Of a stretch of DNA of 64,000 bases, positions 30,268-44,086 are shown in pieces (position 1 is the first letter of the stretch; every line of letters starts with the position of its first letter). Position numbers and translations under genes: made by a program. The notes beneath the pieces are model-generated. The model was given only the letters and a program-made list of their open reading frames with translations, was not told the origin of the DNA and did not search any database. The stretch is taken from positions 1 to 64,000 of the forward strand of contig JADIIX010000077.1 in the NCBI GenBank assembly GCA_027604505.1. The letters run 5' to 3'. The stretch is from Gonapodya sp. JEL0774. Its lineage: Eukaryota.

Positions 30268-32391
30268 ATGCGAGGTCGATGCCGTTGGCTCGTCGTTGTA
30301 CTTGGTATCTTTTCCGCATCCCTGGATACATCTCGAGCTCAATCCGCATCCGCTCCAACGCCAAACCTCCTACTTTCTTCTGGATCGGACTTTGTTGCCC
30401 AGCTTTCCTTGTTGGCTTCGTCGTACGCGGCAGCGCCTGCAGGGTTACGTGGGGCTTTCGAGGCGCTTGATGTGAAGGCGACCCAAGCTCTCAAACGGAT
30501 CTCAGTGTCGGTAACGGCGAAAGCAGATCCAAATGTTACGGCAGGACTCGGCGTGGACTGGACGACATGGGCTTCGACAACCTCGGCAGGTTTGACAGCG
30601 AACGACTACCTGACCCTTTGCACGTATTGCTTTCCGGTCGCTGGGAAACCCAGGTGAGAATAGTTGGAAGCATACACGACTATTAGTTCAAATTGAACAT
30701 GTTTCTGAACTTGCTCATTTCATCTCTTCGTTTAGTGCTCCTTGGACCAATATCGACGGCAAGGTAAACCCTCTCGGATCCTCCTTCCCGGATAATAAGG
30801 TACGCGCAGCAATCGGACATACAAGCCAACGTGTTCGTACTGACAGAATTCTCCTCTTCGCAACCAACCTGGGGACAGAACTGGAATACTTTTCAACTCA
30901 CAGTCCTCAACCTCGCTCACCGATACTTCATTGCCCGATACTTCCCCACCATCAGCGCCCCTGGCTCTAAAGCTATTGCCGATCCAGAGCAGTATGCTGC
31001 CAAGGCTATTGCGTTTATTCAGACGTGGTACACGGACCCTGCTACTGGGATGACACCACGACTTACATTTGCGCAATACCGACCGAAGTAAGTACAGCTT
31101 GTTCCTATTTTGCAGATGAATTATTCATTTAGATTTCTCTTAATGCATACGTGAATCCTGTTTTCTCGGCACCACAACAGCTCCGACTCCTTCACTGGCA
31201 CCGGAATTATTGACTGGTCTGCCAAGTATGCCCCCATTGTGGACGCATTCACCCTCCTCTCCACCTCTCCCAGTTGGACTTCTGACTTCGACGCATCGCT
31301 GAAGTCTTGGCATAGTCAACTTCTCGACTGGCTCCTAAACGATCCGATTGGCGCCGCTGTCGGTGCCCGCCTTAACAACCATGTCGTTTGGTACGACGGC
31401 ATGGTAGTAGCGATAGCGACATGGCTGGGAAGAAGCGAAGTTCTGGTGGACTTTGCGAGTCGAGCAAAGGATCTGATCGGGATGCAGGTGACACCCACGG
31501 GAGTGCAACTCCGAGAGGAGGTCAGGGTCGGAGCGTGGAACTACTCGTACGTACTGCTTGACTACCTTTATCGATGTGCTTCTGTTCATATCTCATATCT
31601 GCCTGGGCCCCATTCCAATCGTGTCTAGCACCTACAACTTGCTAGCCCTCACCCGCCTTTATGCCACGCTCGACAACCCCTTACCCGCTTCCTACCTCGG
31701 CTCCACATCAGTCTCATATGTACCAGGATCTCAGTCTCTCTGGCGTAGTGTATCAGACGGCTCGAACTTCACAGCGCGTTATGGGGGTAGCGCTTACAAC
31801 CCTGCTGGAACCGCAATCATGGGTCCTCCCGGCGCCTCGTATCAGCGCATCATCGAGTACCTCTCCGGATGGGTGTTGAACCCGCAAGGGTGGTCCGATC
31901 TCCACTCTGGAGTTGATAAGAATGGTACGGCATTCTCGGATCGAGTTGCATGCACCGAATCCTTTGCCGAGGTGGTGCGCCGTGCGTACTGGACTGTCGC
32001 GGCGGGAAATATGACCTACCAAACTGTGCTGCGCACGTGTTTGGGAGGTGACACGACCGATTTGGAGATGGCAGATTCGACAGCGACGTGGCAAGGGTGG
32101 ATCCGAGTAGGTGAGCCGTGGTGGCGGCTTAGAGAGCCCTTGTCTGTCGTTGCTGTTGGCGATATGCAATCAGTGTCGGCAACGGCATCGGCTACTCTGG
32201 GTGCGAAAGCGACGGCAACCGGTGTAGCGTCTTCGACATCGAAAGTATCCAATCCGACTGTCACGCAGGGTGCTGCTTCATCGGCCGCAACGTCGAAGCA
32301 GGGAGGAGGGCTGAGTCTTCGTGGTGATATTGCTTCTGAGCACTGGGTATTGCCGGTCATCGCCGTGTTGATAGCCACATTTGCATATTAA
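30268..32391 (+). CDS. Secreted, probably GPI-anchored alginate lyase-family polysaccharide lyase (PF05426-like)
   Basis: Signal peptide; motifs NDYLTL..Y, DGKVNP, TWYTDPATGMTPRLTFAQ, GIID, NNHVVWYD and G.Q..E..R...NYSTYNLLAL; S/T-rich stalk; hydrophobic C-terminus; 3 introns. Confidence 0.85.
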
Positions 32392-33279
32392 TTGATCGAA
32401 TTCGATGTTGTATATAAGGCGGTCATGCCTGCCCCGTGTCCGTCGGCTAAATCCATATATCTGTTATTTGCAATGAAAAATTCCGATCCGATGCTCGCAG
32501 ATAACTCGGGGATAAACTACGGTGGGATGTGTAACTCAGATCATGGAGCTCACGAGCAATTCGCAAGTATGGCGTACTCCCAGATACCAGATTACAAAAA
32601 TCTGTGTATGGTGGAGGCAAACTAGATCCGTCATGAACAATGTTTGATCTCATTGTGTTCAGGTCTTTGTTGCCAAAGTGTACTTTCTGACAGCCCCAGA
32701 TCAATGAACTTCGCCTCTTCGAGATGTTGGTTTAACGGAAGAAGGCTTGTAGATTCCATGCTTCTCGGACGGCTTCATTTTCGACACATGGGTTATCCGG
32801 GATATGTTTTCTGCCTGTTCTACCAAACACGATATACGGTGCTCTTCACAATCCAAGTGAACTTACGAATTGGTATCATATCGTCGAGTGCCAAACACAA
32901 CTCCTGCGATACCTCGATTGTCATGTGTGGTTCTGAAACCTTTAACGGGTGATTTCGGCGCAGATATGAGTACATCTCTGTGGTATATTGTGCACACCAC
33001 TCTAATACATGATTTTGCCGTCGTGCATCCATGTTCCACCCAGACATTAGAGTTATACCATAATAGTCATGTCCAGACCGCCAAGAATAGTGTGGTGATG
33101 ATGATCTCTGCATATGCATATGTGTCGACATTTCCAGAGCACTGATGAAGTTCTCTTTTCTCTTTGACAACAACGGCGGCGGGAAACCTCAATCAATCTC
33201 CAACTTTCAGAATCGCCGCACAGCGGTGATTCGGATCGCGGTAAAATATGCAAACCGTACAAGTCCATCTCTCCTCATC

Positions 33280-34992
33280 TCATACGAGACCCGCGATTGG
33301 CGTACCCCTCCCAGCTTGACCCCTTCCAAGCGCCCACTCAGGGAACACGCCTTCCTCTCCCGTGTCCACGTTCTTACCCCTCACTACGCCATGGCCCGCA
33401 ATCTCATACACCTCCACCCGGTCACCTGGGCTGAGGGCAATCTCACCGGGAAGTGTACCACTCGGGAAGTATTCCTCAATAGCGTATACTCTACCGTCCG
33501 CTGGCGGATGAAACGTGACGTGAAATACCGCCGCCGGGATTGGCTGTTTGGGCAAGGGCACGTTGATTCCCCCTGTCTTGACGAGTGGAGGAGGCGGGGT
33601 TCGAGGGCCGAGACCACTGTCTGTACTATCGCCAGAGTCTGAAGTGCTGGTCGGACTGAATCGTGAAGCGGCGTAGGACGCATAGGACGAGTACCCGTAG
33701 GCACCTGGAGAGTCCGCCCGTACCGAGTCGAATGCATAGGGGTTATTAACGACGGGAGACCCCGATCGCATGGTGAACATGCCTCCTGCGATCGCACCCG
33801 AGTTGTTGAATGGAATGGGTGTGGTATTACGGGGAGTGCCGGGCGGGGACGCCACACGAGCGGCCATGTTACCAGATGTGAACATGCTGACGTCAAACGC
33901 GCCTGTACCAGGTTGCCATTCTTCCACTTCCATGCCATCAGGCTCGGGAGTGAAAGTATCACGGTCTCGGGGGGTCGGTGATGGGGCGGAGATGATTGAC
34001 GATGCATCGGATGAGAAGGGGTTGTCGGCTACGTGGGCATCGGTAAGATGAGAGGTGAGAGTGGTGGTGAGGGAGGGAGCTCGCGTGTGGCCTGGCGGGC
34101 GGGTGGTTGGTGGAGGAGTCGCCGCGACGACTTCAATTCCGCGGCCAGTGGAAGGCGCCCCGAACGGGTTCGATGCAAGCATTGACACGGGAGATGCGAC
34201 GGTCGGAGGACCGATGGGTTGTGGAGCTGCCGTGACGTAGGTTGGAGAAGGGGGTGCGTTTGAGAGTCGCCGTTTCGGGTTGAGTGGGCTGGGTGTGAGC
34301 GGAGACCACACTTTCCCAACTCCTTTTCCGGTGCTGGGAAGTCGGCCGACGCCTGGCGATGTGCCCGATGTGCCAGTAGGATACGCCAGAGCAGGGGAAG
34401 GTGACGCGGGCGGTGTCATTGCACCATTACTGCGGACCGAGTTTGCTCTGAACAAGCCAGGAGACGACGCTCGGGAAGAAGGCCGGTAAAAGGACGTGGA
34501 GAACATATCGCCGAAGCGGACGGTAGATCCCAGGTCGAGATCGAGATGGGGTGCCCGTGAGCGAGTTGATGCTGCGGAGAAAGGGCGGTGGTCGTTGTTC
34601 TGTTGGATGGGTGGATGAATGGTCAATCAATATATTACCAACCAGTTCTGGCAGCCAGACCAGTCCATGCAAAATCACACCACAGCACATAAAAGGTAGT
34701 GAGCAACGCTGTGCGCCAGTATTTCGATTGATCATTGTAGTCGGTGGGTGGTTCAAAATAGTTCTCCGCAAATAACTGTCGCCATACTGTTCACACCACC
34801 AGCTGGGGAGGTCGATACAGCACAAGCACGTCCCATCTTCAGTACAGACTCGATTCCCCAGAAACAGACGTGCATTTCTTGATTTCCTTTTTGGCCTGTT
34901 CAACTCACGTTTCCGTCTGCCTTGAGGTCCCGGTCCTTGCCCCCTGACTTTTTGTCGTCGTCATCGTCGCCACAAACGTACAAACACGACAT
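33280..34992 (-). CDS. Pro/Ser-rich protein with a C-terminal SH3 domain
   Basis: Exon 1 34992-34909 (MSCLYVCG...) joins through phase-0 intron 34600-34908. SH3 reads YAIEEYFP...GEIALSPGDRVEV...GKNVDTGEEGVFP. Confidence 0.8.
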
Positions 34993-36083
34993 GGCTGGAA
35001 ACAGGTGACTGATAAAAGATTGCTCGGGATCGCTGCAACTCGGCGAGCGATAATCGGCGGTTTTTCTCGTGTGGCTGGCAGCCTTGTATCGGACCACCAC
35101 AAGGGACTTCCCGATTTGGACAAAGAGGGGCACGCGGGTGCGGCAGTTGCAAGCGGACGCGAAGTGCGGCAGCGATTGCAGCGTATGCGGCAGCTGTGGA
35201 GTCCGTTTTCCTCCGTCTCTTTGGAGTTGGGGCGACTCGGGAAAACGCGTTGTCCGCCACGTCTCAGCGAACGCCCCACGCAACACCCTCACAGTTATTC
35301 CCCATTGCAAAGAAAAATCTGCGCAATGTGGGAGAATCTTTGCACGAATATATTCAAGAATCAGAAAACCATCTCTGTGTACTGCTAATATCAATGCATC
35401 GAGCAGTCACGATGCCAAGAACGGACAGCAAGCCCAAACTCCAAATTTCGCGGGGGATTCCTCTCGGTGGATCCCTTTTCAAGAACATTGGATTGAAGAA
35501 CTCCCTGAAAAAGGCTACAAGATACATCTGAGATGAGCAAGGCGAGAAACCTACCACGAACCGCGTAACAGCTCATTGATTGATTGAACGACCCAGTAAT
35601 CGCGTGAACTCTCAAAATCCGTCTTCAACCCGTGTCGACCAAGCCATGTAGATAAAACAACGCTCTTTTCGAAGCGCTTGGGTGTGTTTATGGTCCCACG
35701 TTGCGGTGCATGCACAATGACTGCAGATCTTTCATGACTGCAGCGTTCGACAGGGAGCATATACATAAGATAACTGGGCCATCTACGAGCATCTAACTAA
35801 CTGATACTCTACCACGAGGCAAAGAAGGAATGTTGTCATTCGTATTTTGGTTCCAACACACATTCTTGTACCAGTTCCGAGATGATGTCCCCGTTCGTGT
35901 CGGGTAACTGCCGGTACTTCTCGACACAGCGAACAGGGCCAAATATCTGCTCGGCCGACGGTTTTCTGTATGGAAATCGCAGCTCGTGGTGATAAGAGAC
36001 ATGAACAAAACAATCAGTTTTAAATATAGGTTGCAAAGGGTTGTGCGACAGCTGAATATTATTCTCTGCAAACCAGTCCCCGA

Positions 36084-36251
36084 ATGCTCACCGACGAGCA
36101 GCTTGCAGCCTTCATCGTCTTTATGATTACTGCACTCGCGGTCGGATTCGCAGTGGGACGACAGCTGTATTGGAGGTCTCAGTTCGCGGAGGAGGACAAA
36201 TTGAGAACCCAGGAGAGATTGAAGAGGAAAGGCGAGTGGAAGGAAGACTAG
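36084..36251 (+). CDS. 55-aa single-TM micropeptide
   Basis: MLTDEQLAAFIVFMITALAVGFAVGRQLYWRSQFAEEDKLRTQERLKRKGEWKED*: a clean TM helix plus a charged tail. It is shorter than the ORFs listed in the track. Confidence 0.55.
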   Translation: MLTDEQLAAFIVFMITALAVGFAVGRQLYWRSQFAEEDKLRTQERLKRKGEWKED

Positions 36252-37135
36252 GTGCGGATTATACCCATGAGTGGAAATGATGTGAAGGCTGGACGCATTG
36301 CTAGAATCGTCTGGTGCGTTTTGTCGCCGATTTTCGATGGTTCGCCAGTATTTGATTTCAATCTCTGGGACATACCTCCCTCGGTTTAACCTGTCGACCC
36401 AGTGGAGTGGCTTGCTCTTAATGATGTCCTTCTGTCTTGGAAGTTCCTTGAGGCTCCTGCGTGAAGACCCATTCCAAACCCAAAAGTGTCGACGTCTGCA
36501 ATTGACATTATTGGCAGCGATTAGAACGGAAAGCTACTCAAGTTATCAAGGCTCCTGTTTAAGTGTATTGTGGACTCCAGTGAAATGATACCCTCTGTCG
36601 CTTCTTGAAAGCATTAGCAACTTGGAGGAATTATACTCAACGCATTCACGAGTCCTCGACCAAATCCATTTTCACCAGGGAGAATCAGCCTCCTTTGATC
36701 AGCATTCAGAGCCTCTAAACTCCTTTACGTTGAGAGTCTTTGTTTTCTGTATCCGAGCATGTACACACTCCCACAGGATCGGATGGCGACTCCCCATGTC
36801 GCACAACGACTTTTCATGCGGAATTGCGTCTTGTCGCTTGCTGGTGTTCTTGTATATTCGGTGTTGACGGAGTGCCAGACTGCCAGTGGTGCATTGGATG
36901 CGCGGCCTGTCGAGCACTGTATACTTTATTGTGAATACTCGATACCGCTAAGCGGTTGGCGATAGCTCGTTTCGCATCCATAACATGTGAGGGTGTTATG
37001 TACGGACACTCAGACGAAATTTCGGCTGTGAGGGGGTTTAGTCATGATAATGTGGGGGTTGTGGCGCTTGTTGTTCTCGATCCTCTGAAGGGGCTCAGCT
37101 AGACCTTTATTGTCTTCAATCGCTTTACCGTTGTC

Positions 37136-39051
37136 ATGGAAGCGAGCGACCGCGCATTGATTGACGCAATTGAAACTTCGAATCTCACGCTCGTCAAGAA
37201 GGCACTTGCGGAGGGAGCTGACCCCAATGCCCGGAAGAAGGTGAGGCGATCAGTTAGAATCCATTCCGCGGATTGAGTCCTACCACGCGGAATGTGCGTG
37301 ATATTTTCAAGACGACCAGGCGTGGTTGCTACATGAAATACTGTCTACAACTGTAGCGGATGTTTTCCCAACGGTGTCTGATCAGACGCGATGGACACAA
37401 TTGTTGACGAACCGACGGACCTCTTGCTTCAGATCACTCTCGTCTGCGACGTCAGATCTGGAAGACGGCCTCTCGGGAAGGTTAAAGTTCGCACGAGTCT
37501 CCTTCGAGGCGAAGTATATGAAGAGCGATTCGAAAACACCTATGAAACGAGAACCGACACAGTCCCTGGAGAGTCAGTTCTGGCGCTAGCCATTTTCACC
37601 GGCCACCTCGATATTATAGCCGCCCTCATTGAGATGGGTGCAAGCGTGAATGCGCCAATTGAATGGCCCAACGCTAACACAGTCCCTGCTTGGAGCCCTG
37701 ACAGATGGAACGATACCCGATGGGTTCGCACATATCGAGCGGAATCTGCACTCCATCTAGCCGTAGGTCGTGCAATTCGAGTCTTAGACTATGATGGAAC
37801 CGCAAGTGCTTGGAATACGCTTGCTGAGAAGGGCAAACTTCGCGTGAACAAGATGGGTGGGGAAGTCCGACTTGTCAACCCCGAATCTTGGGAGCAGGCT
37901 TATCGGGAACTGGATATGCTACCTAGGCTGAAAGTTATTGCGTTGCTTCTCCGTCACGGCGCCAAAGTTACCATAGACGTTTGGGAAGCTGCACGACGCA
38001 CCGAGAACCAGGGAGTAATGGACCTTTTGGAGCCGTACGCGATCGAGCTCGGCTTGGAGAACTTTTCTTCGCCTAATTCAACATTGTGGAAGAAAGCGAG
38101 TACACGGCACGCGTCTGGTAGTAATATTTCGGTGTCTAGAACATCCGTCGATTCCACCAATCCCCCCGGTTCAACAACTGATACTCTCGTCAATGGAGAT
38201 GTCGCGCTTTCCCGCCTCCTTGTGGATCAGATGCGGCAGACCGAGGAGTTGCGGCGAGAATTGCGCACAATGCAATCGGTTATGGCCGAAAGGGAAGCAC
38301 ATTTTTCAGCGCTCGAGCTTCGGGCAGCGGAGCTGGAGGAGCGTAATGCAGAGCTAGAGCGTGAATTAGCGTTCGCAAAAACGGAGGTCGAAAACTTGAC
38401 GGACCGTTTGACTGCCCTTGGTGAATCCTTTGAAGGGTCTGGCCGGCGAAGGGACATCAAGAAGATGATGTACGTGACGACTCCGTACGTTCCTCGGGAG
38501 CGCGACGAACTTGCCCTAGAACTCGGACAGACTGTGTTCGTTAACTGGGATTACGACGATGGCTGGGCTGCGGTGAGTTAGCGATCACTCCAAACTCCTC
38601 TAATTCTAATTGTCATCTCTGAGACTGAACTTGTGCATTTCCCATGTAGGGCTTAAACACCGTGACTGGCGCCTCGGGCATTTTTCCACTTGCGTGTGTT
38701 TCTCTGAATGCGGGCTCCGTCTCTCCACTCTCCTCTGATTCACTCAGTCGTCGGGTATCCAGTACAACACTTAAACCAGTGCCGCCTCCCAGCAGCCCTG
38801 TGCCTTCATCGCCTCCTCCGCCTCCATCGGATTTCTTCTCTTCGATATTTGCTATGCATGCTGCAGCTGAGGCAAAGGTCGGTGGATCTGGTAGTACGAT
38901 TCCAACGAGTCCTAGTGCACTGGCGCGGCTGGGAGGAAGATCCGCTGGTGGGTCAGATGGGCCTCGTGGAGTATCGTTTGCTTCGGACGGAAGGGAGGAC
39001 GATTCTTTCAAAAGAGAAGCGAAACTTCGGGGAAGCGATGTTGCACCATGA
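37136..39051 (+). CDS. Ankyrin / coiled-coil / SH3 protein, paralog B
   Basis: Exon 1 is MEASDRALIDAIE...GADPNARKK, then intron 37241-37432 and ORF 37391-38581. An SH3 intron (~38574-38650) sits at the same position as in paralog A. Confidence 0.88.
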
Positions 39052-39514
39052 GGATTATACCAGTATCACTTTCTACTATGTCTCTATGTCTTTCTAGACC
39101 ATCGTCTTTGTGAAATGTACATTCCCAAAAAGTAATCTCAGTTCCCGACTCGGTGGCTGGGGTAATCGCACGCTCATTTGCGGTTCTCCAAAGAGGAGGA
39201 AATGGACACGTCTCACAGATATCGGTCAGAAAAGATTATAGACTGATTACCATTCGATAAGTACATAATCAAAATATCAAAGAGTCAAGGGAAATCGGTT
39301 TTCTGTCCTTGCGAGCTGGATTCTCGCGTACTCCTAGTCATGTAAATTGATCAAGAACCCCGCATGTCAAGCAAAATTGGAAATCAAGGGGCGACTGAGC
39401 TACAGAACCCCCAAACGGAGCAATTTGTTCAATACCCCTGCAGAAAAATAAATTAAACGGACATGGAAACACTCACAGGGGAATCCTCCACTATATCCAA
39501 CGGGCGACGTTCCA

Positions 39515-41092
39515 CTAGGCCAAGTTCAGTGATGAGTCTGGGGGACTGACCGGGATAACGTAAGGGCTGTTGCTTGTGCTTTGAACAGAATGGACGGACG
39601 GGGTGTGGACGCTGGACGGTTTCATGACCCCGTGAAGCTGATTGTTCTGGCGGATTGGTGCGGAGCGGCTCATGACGCCACTGAGATCGATGCAACGGAG
39701 TGGGAAATGGCCAGATAACCCTGTAGATGTGTTTAAACCCTGCATGGCGGCAAATCAATATTAGTGTACCGATGCAAATCGTGAAAGTACACCGAAACTA
39801 ACGGATCCCCAGCCATCGGTAAATGCCAAGTTGCAGAAAACTTCCTGCCCAGTAGACATAGAAATTTCATCAGGGGCTCTCGCAACGAAGTCGGATATCA
39901 CCCGTAGGAGCTGCTTGATCTCAGTCGGGCCCTGCGTTTCAGGAACTTGCGGCATGACGGGCTCCAATCCCAACTTCTCGCGAAGCTCAGCAACTTGTCT
40001 CTCGAGCTCATTGTTGCGCTCCTGAAGAGCGAAGTTGCGATCTTGAAGTTCGGCGACACGAGTTTCGAGGCTCTGTGCTCGAAACTGGAACTCGTTTCCT
40101 CGGGTTGTGAGTTTCCGAATCTCGCGTTGATAGTCCTCATTAGACGCGGTTCGGATACCCTGACGATTTACACTGCTGTTATCGGCTAAAGTATCGCGAG
40201 AGGACGTCGTGGACAACGCCACGGACGAAACGTTGAGATCATTTTCAGGAAGTGTGGGCCTTCGTCCAAGAGCATAGCCAGCCTGTCGCTGTGGTGGCGT
40301 TGGTGGACTACTGATTGTCGGTTCGCGAAGTGCAGAGAAGGGAGATGATGCAGACGATACCATTGAGACGGGTGTCGGAATCTGGGTGACTGGTAGTCCG
40401 CGGAGCATGTCTGAGATTACGGGTGTCTCTAGGCTGGCTGCCAATCTGATTGCATCTTCTGTCACCCGCGCTCCGTATTGTAACAGGAGTGCAACAATGT
40501 TAGGCCGGTTTCCCACCATTGCCTCGGCATAAGCCTCCTTCCAAGTGGTGGGGTTCTCAACCGTGACAGATCCTCCTTTGAAATTGACTCTTAGTTTTCC
40601 CATCTCCGCAAGCTGGGTGAACGTGGATGGGGAACCGTCGTAATCAATAACGCGGGCACCCCTTCCAATTGCGAGAAGGAGGTGCGAGTCAACCAAATAG
40701 GTCCGCACCCATCGCGATTTTTCCCACCGCTCCTTATTCCATGACGTGGCGGTGTCCGCATTTTTCCACTCGACCGGTAGATTTGGGTCGGCTCCTGCTT
40801 CCAACAAAACCTCCGCGACCTCCTGATTGCCAGAAATGATTGCCAGGGCAAGGGCGGTTTCTCCTAGAGTAGAATCGACCCACTGTTCCCGGACTTCTTC
40901 GAATCGCTCCTCCTCCTCCTGCCGGAACATGCCCTTCTTGACCTTGATCTTCCCTCGCGACTTCCTCGCCACTAACACGTTGCAGGAAAGGGTCACTGTT
41001 TTCCTAGCATTTGGATTCCCTCCCCCCGCAATCATTTGGCGGACAATCGCGGCGTCGCCCTGATCCACGGCGTCGATCAGATGTGTGTCCAT
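39515..41092 (-). CDS. Ankyrin / coiled-coil / SH3 protein, paralog C
   Basis: ORF 39761-41092 aligns by eye with paralogs A and B. SH3 DGWGS|GLNTSTGLSGHFPLRCI is split by an intron at the same site. Confidence 0.88.
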
Positions 41093-42622
41093 GTCTTTGA
41101 GTTGGACGTCAGTTGGGGTGTAAATGGTATAAATTTGCGAAAGCTAGGCGCGTTTCCTGTTCCCCAACGTGACTGGTCGAACGTTTTCACAGAAGGAGAA
41201 ACGCTTTCCTTGGACAAGGAATCCCAGCTTTTTCAAGTGAACAGCTGCTGATAGAAATAGTGACTTGTTCCGCGGGAGGGGGAGGAGGGGGAGGGTGTGG
41301 CTGCGATGTGCCTCCCCCGCCTCCCACAGATCTTTGCATGTTTTGTTATTTCAACAGCTATTAGTAACCTGCTTAAAGCCTTGCAACAATGAGAAGCTGC
41401 TCGTCATTTCGCTCCCTCTGACGCTCATTGCGCCTGCTGACGATGCTGCTTCCCAGTTTCTTTGAAATGAAGGAGGATGTTGTCAACATGTACCGCGCCA
41501 CTGAGTCTCCATCTGAAACAATTCTACGCGAGTAGTTTTTAGTACTACCTCAACGGACCCCTACTCAGTTTGATGGCCTGTTCACCGACATTTTGGGAAC
41601 TTTTTTGCCATGGTGTGGCGTCCGCGTGATCGGACAAACCCGCACGGGTTTCCGTTCAGTTTTTACTGTGATAAATAATCATGTCTGTAGGAAGAAACGC
41701 TTTGCATATTGAATTTCGCCGTGATTGCATTTGATTGTGTCTACGTTATCTGCTCGGAAAATGACATATCTCCTTCAATTGTTTTAGACGTTTAAGAAAG
41801 ATCTGCATCTGACCTCTTCTGGCTGAGATTTGCCGGAGCATTTTAGTGATTGAGAATCATCTGCCGTATAAATGTAAGCTAGGAGCTCATGCAGACTGCC
41901 ACAGCTAATCAGTCGACCTACTGCTCATTCGAACTGACAAGGAATGAGCTGGACAACCGCCATCCCAGCTTGATCATATAACTGGTATTAACTTACTACC
42001 ATCCACAGCGAAACATCACTGCCGCCATTTCAAAATAGTTTGGATCGCGGCAATGTACATTCGCCAAAACCCATCACGCAACCTTCTTCATGAGGACCAG
42101 CTGTCACCTCTAACTCTTCCCGTGGAACGCTGGTGTATACCCTATAGTGGTGTGTGAGCATTCCATTTAGCACCTTGACTTTTTTCGACGGTGGCATTGT
42201 TACTTCCAACAACTCGCGCCACACGTCGATCCGGCTTCGTGCATTTGCGCTTATGACGCGAAGAGCCAGTGATTTCAGACCATGTCTCATTCGCGATCTG
42301 CATCATTGTGCTTCCCGATCTTGCATGGGCGGCGGTTTTTGTGAGCCTCCTGGCAATCGGGTCACCCGGACAGACCGGTCGACTTTCCACCAAGAATGGT
42401 CTAGCTCACGATCGCTAGAAAAAATGACCCTGCGATAGGCCCCAGGGCTCTACCAAAATCGCGCCCAGCCGAATCGTTGGTTATTGACATGATGTTTTCG
42501 GGTTAAATTTGCCGAATCTTGACTGGTGCAGGGTTCCACCGTGCACTGCCGTGTTCTCTCGTTCGACTTCATATCGCTTCGGAACTTGTGGTATTTACAC
42601 CAAACGAAGGGAAACGGCTATA

Positions 42623-44086
42623 ATGTGGGCCATCGCTCAAACGTCCCCAGGTGGAGCGGACGTTTTGCGTTTGATGCAGGTTCCGAAACCGGCAGCGAAG
42701 GGGAGAGACGTGCTTGTGAAAAATCTGGCTGTCGCGACGAACCCCGTGGACTGGAAAGGTACGGATCGATGGAAATTGAATACCTCTCTTAGGCTGTCTG
42801 CTCATCTGGTGATTGTGTTTGTGTAGTAAGGTCAGGAGGTGGTGGTGCAACCGAAGAGAGTCCGAGAAGTGAGCATGACTGGTTATTATGCAACTCTCCC
42901 ACCAATGTTATGTTGACTTTCGCGACTTGAGTTGTTGGATGGGATGCGTCTGGCATTGTGGAGGACGCTGGTGAGGACGTGACGACATTCAAAAAGGGCG
43001 ACCACGTGTGGTATGCAGGAGGAGTCCATAGGAACGGATGCAACGCTGAGGTGAGGGAGATGTTGCGAGGCTTGGAACTGTCGTAGAACTGTGATATACA
43101 GCTCTCTCTGTCTAGTTCACTCTGGTGGATGAAAGGATCGTAGGGCTGAAGCCCAAATCTTGGTCGTTCGAAGACGCTGCGGCCCTTCCCCTCACAACTC
43201 TGACGGCGTGGTGAGCTCTATTGGCTCCTTTGTGAACCTCAGTGCAACTTTTCTGATGAGCATGATCCAACTGCTCCCATATTTCACAGGGAGGCGTTGG
43301 AACTTCAAATGGGTCTGTCACTCGCACCGGAGGAAGGCCCCTCATCCAATGTCAATGTACACCTCCTTATCATCAACGCTGCTGGCGGTGTCGGGTCTAT
43401 TGCAATACAACTCGCCAAAAACGCTTTCAAAGTGGGTTCTGTGACTGGCACCGCCAGCAGGAACGAAACCATCGACTTCATCCGGTGAGTCTCTGTTCAT
43501 TCGTTTTCTCTCAACCGCATTTTTATACCGCCAGTGTTTTTCTCTGGAACCTGTTACAGCTCTCTCGGTGCAACCGACGTTGTAAACCACAGGGAGCCTC
43601 TTGCACCCCAAATCTCGGCTTTGACTCATCCTATCACACATGTACTCATCTGCCACGACCCTGACTATTATTGGCCGCAAATCGTTGACTTGATCGAACC
43701 GTTCGGGAGGATTGTGTCGATTCTTCCTCCCCAGAAGGCTCTGGATTGGGGCAAAGCGTTTGGCAAGAGCCTTGTGTTTGGGGTGGAATTAATGGTGAAC
43801 TCTTGCCACAGCCAAATCTGCCGTATGAACTTTCTAACTAGTTTTGATTTCCATATTCCAGTTCACAAAACCACAAACAGTTGCCATCGATTACGCTCCA
43901 ACTCAGAGCACAGTCCTGTCACGGGCTGCGCATTTGGCCGACCTCGGCCTTATTCGAACCACGCGAACTGGAGATGTGAAGGAGCTGTCAGTTGAGACAC
44001 TAAGGGCGGCACATGATACGCAACAGGGATTGATCGCAATGGGCAAGCAAGTTTTGAAAGTGCCGGATGGAGGGCTTAAGAAATAG
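42623..44086 (+). CDS. MDR-family NADPH quinone oxidoreductase / zinc-type ADH-like protein
   Basis: [66 protein letters not shown]; multi-exon. Confidence 0.9.

Noticed and set aside
32400..33270. Short ORFs between the lyase and SH3 genes
   Set aside because: No recognisable motifs or convincing splice model.
41633..41656. AAACCCG-CA-CGGGTTT hairpin, a possible Helitron end
   Set aside because: No downstream CTRR terminus and no second copy in the window.
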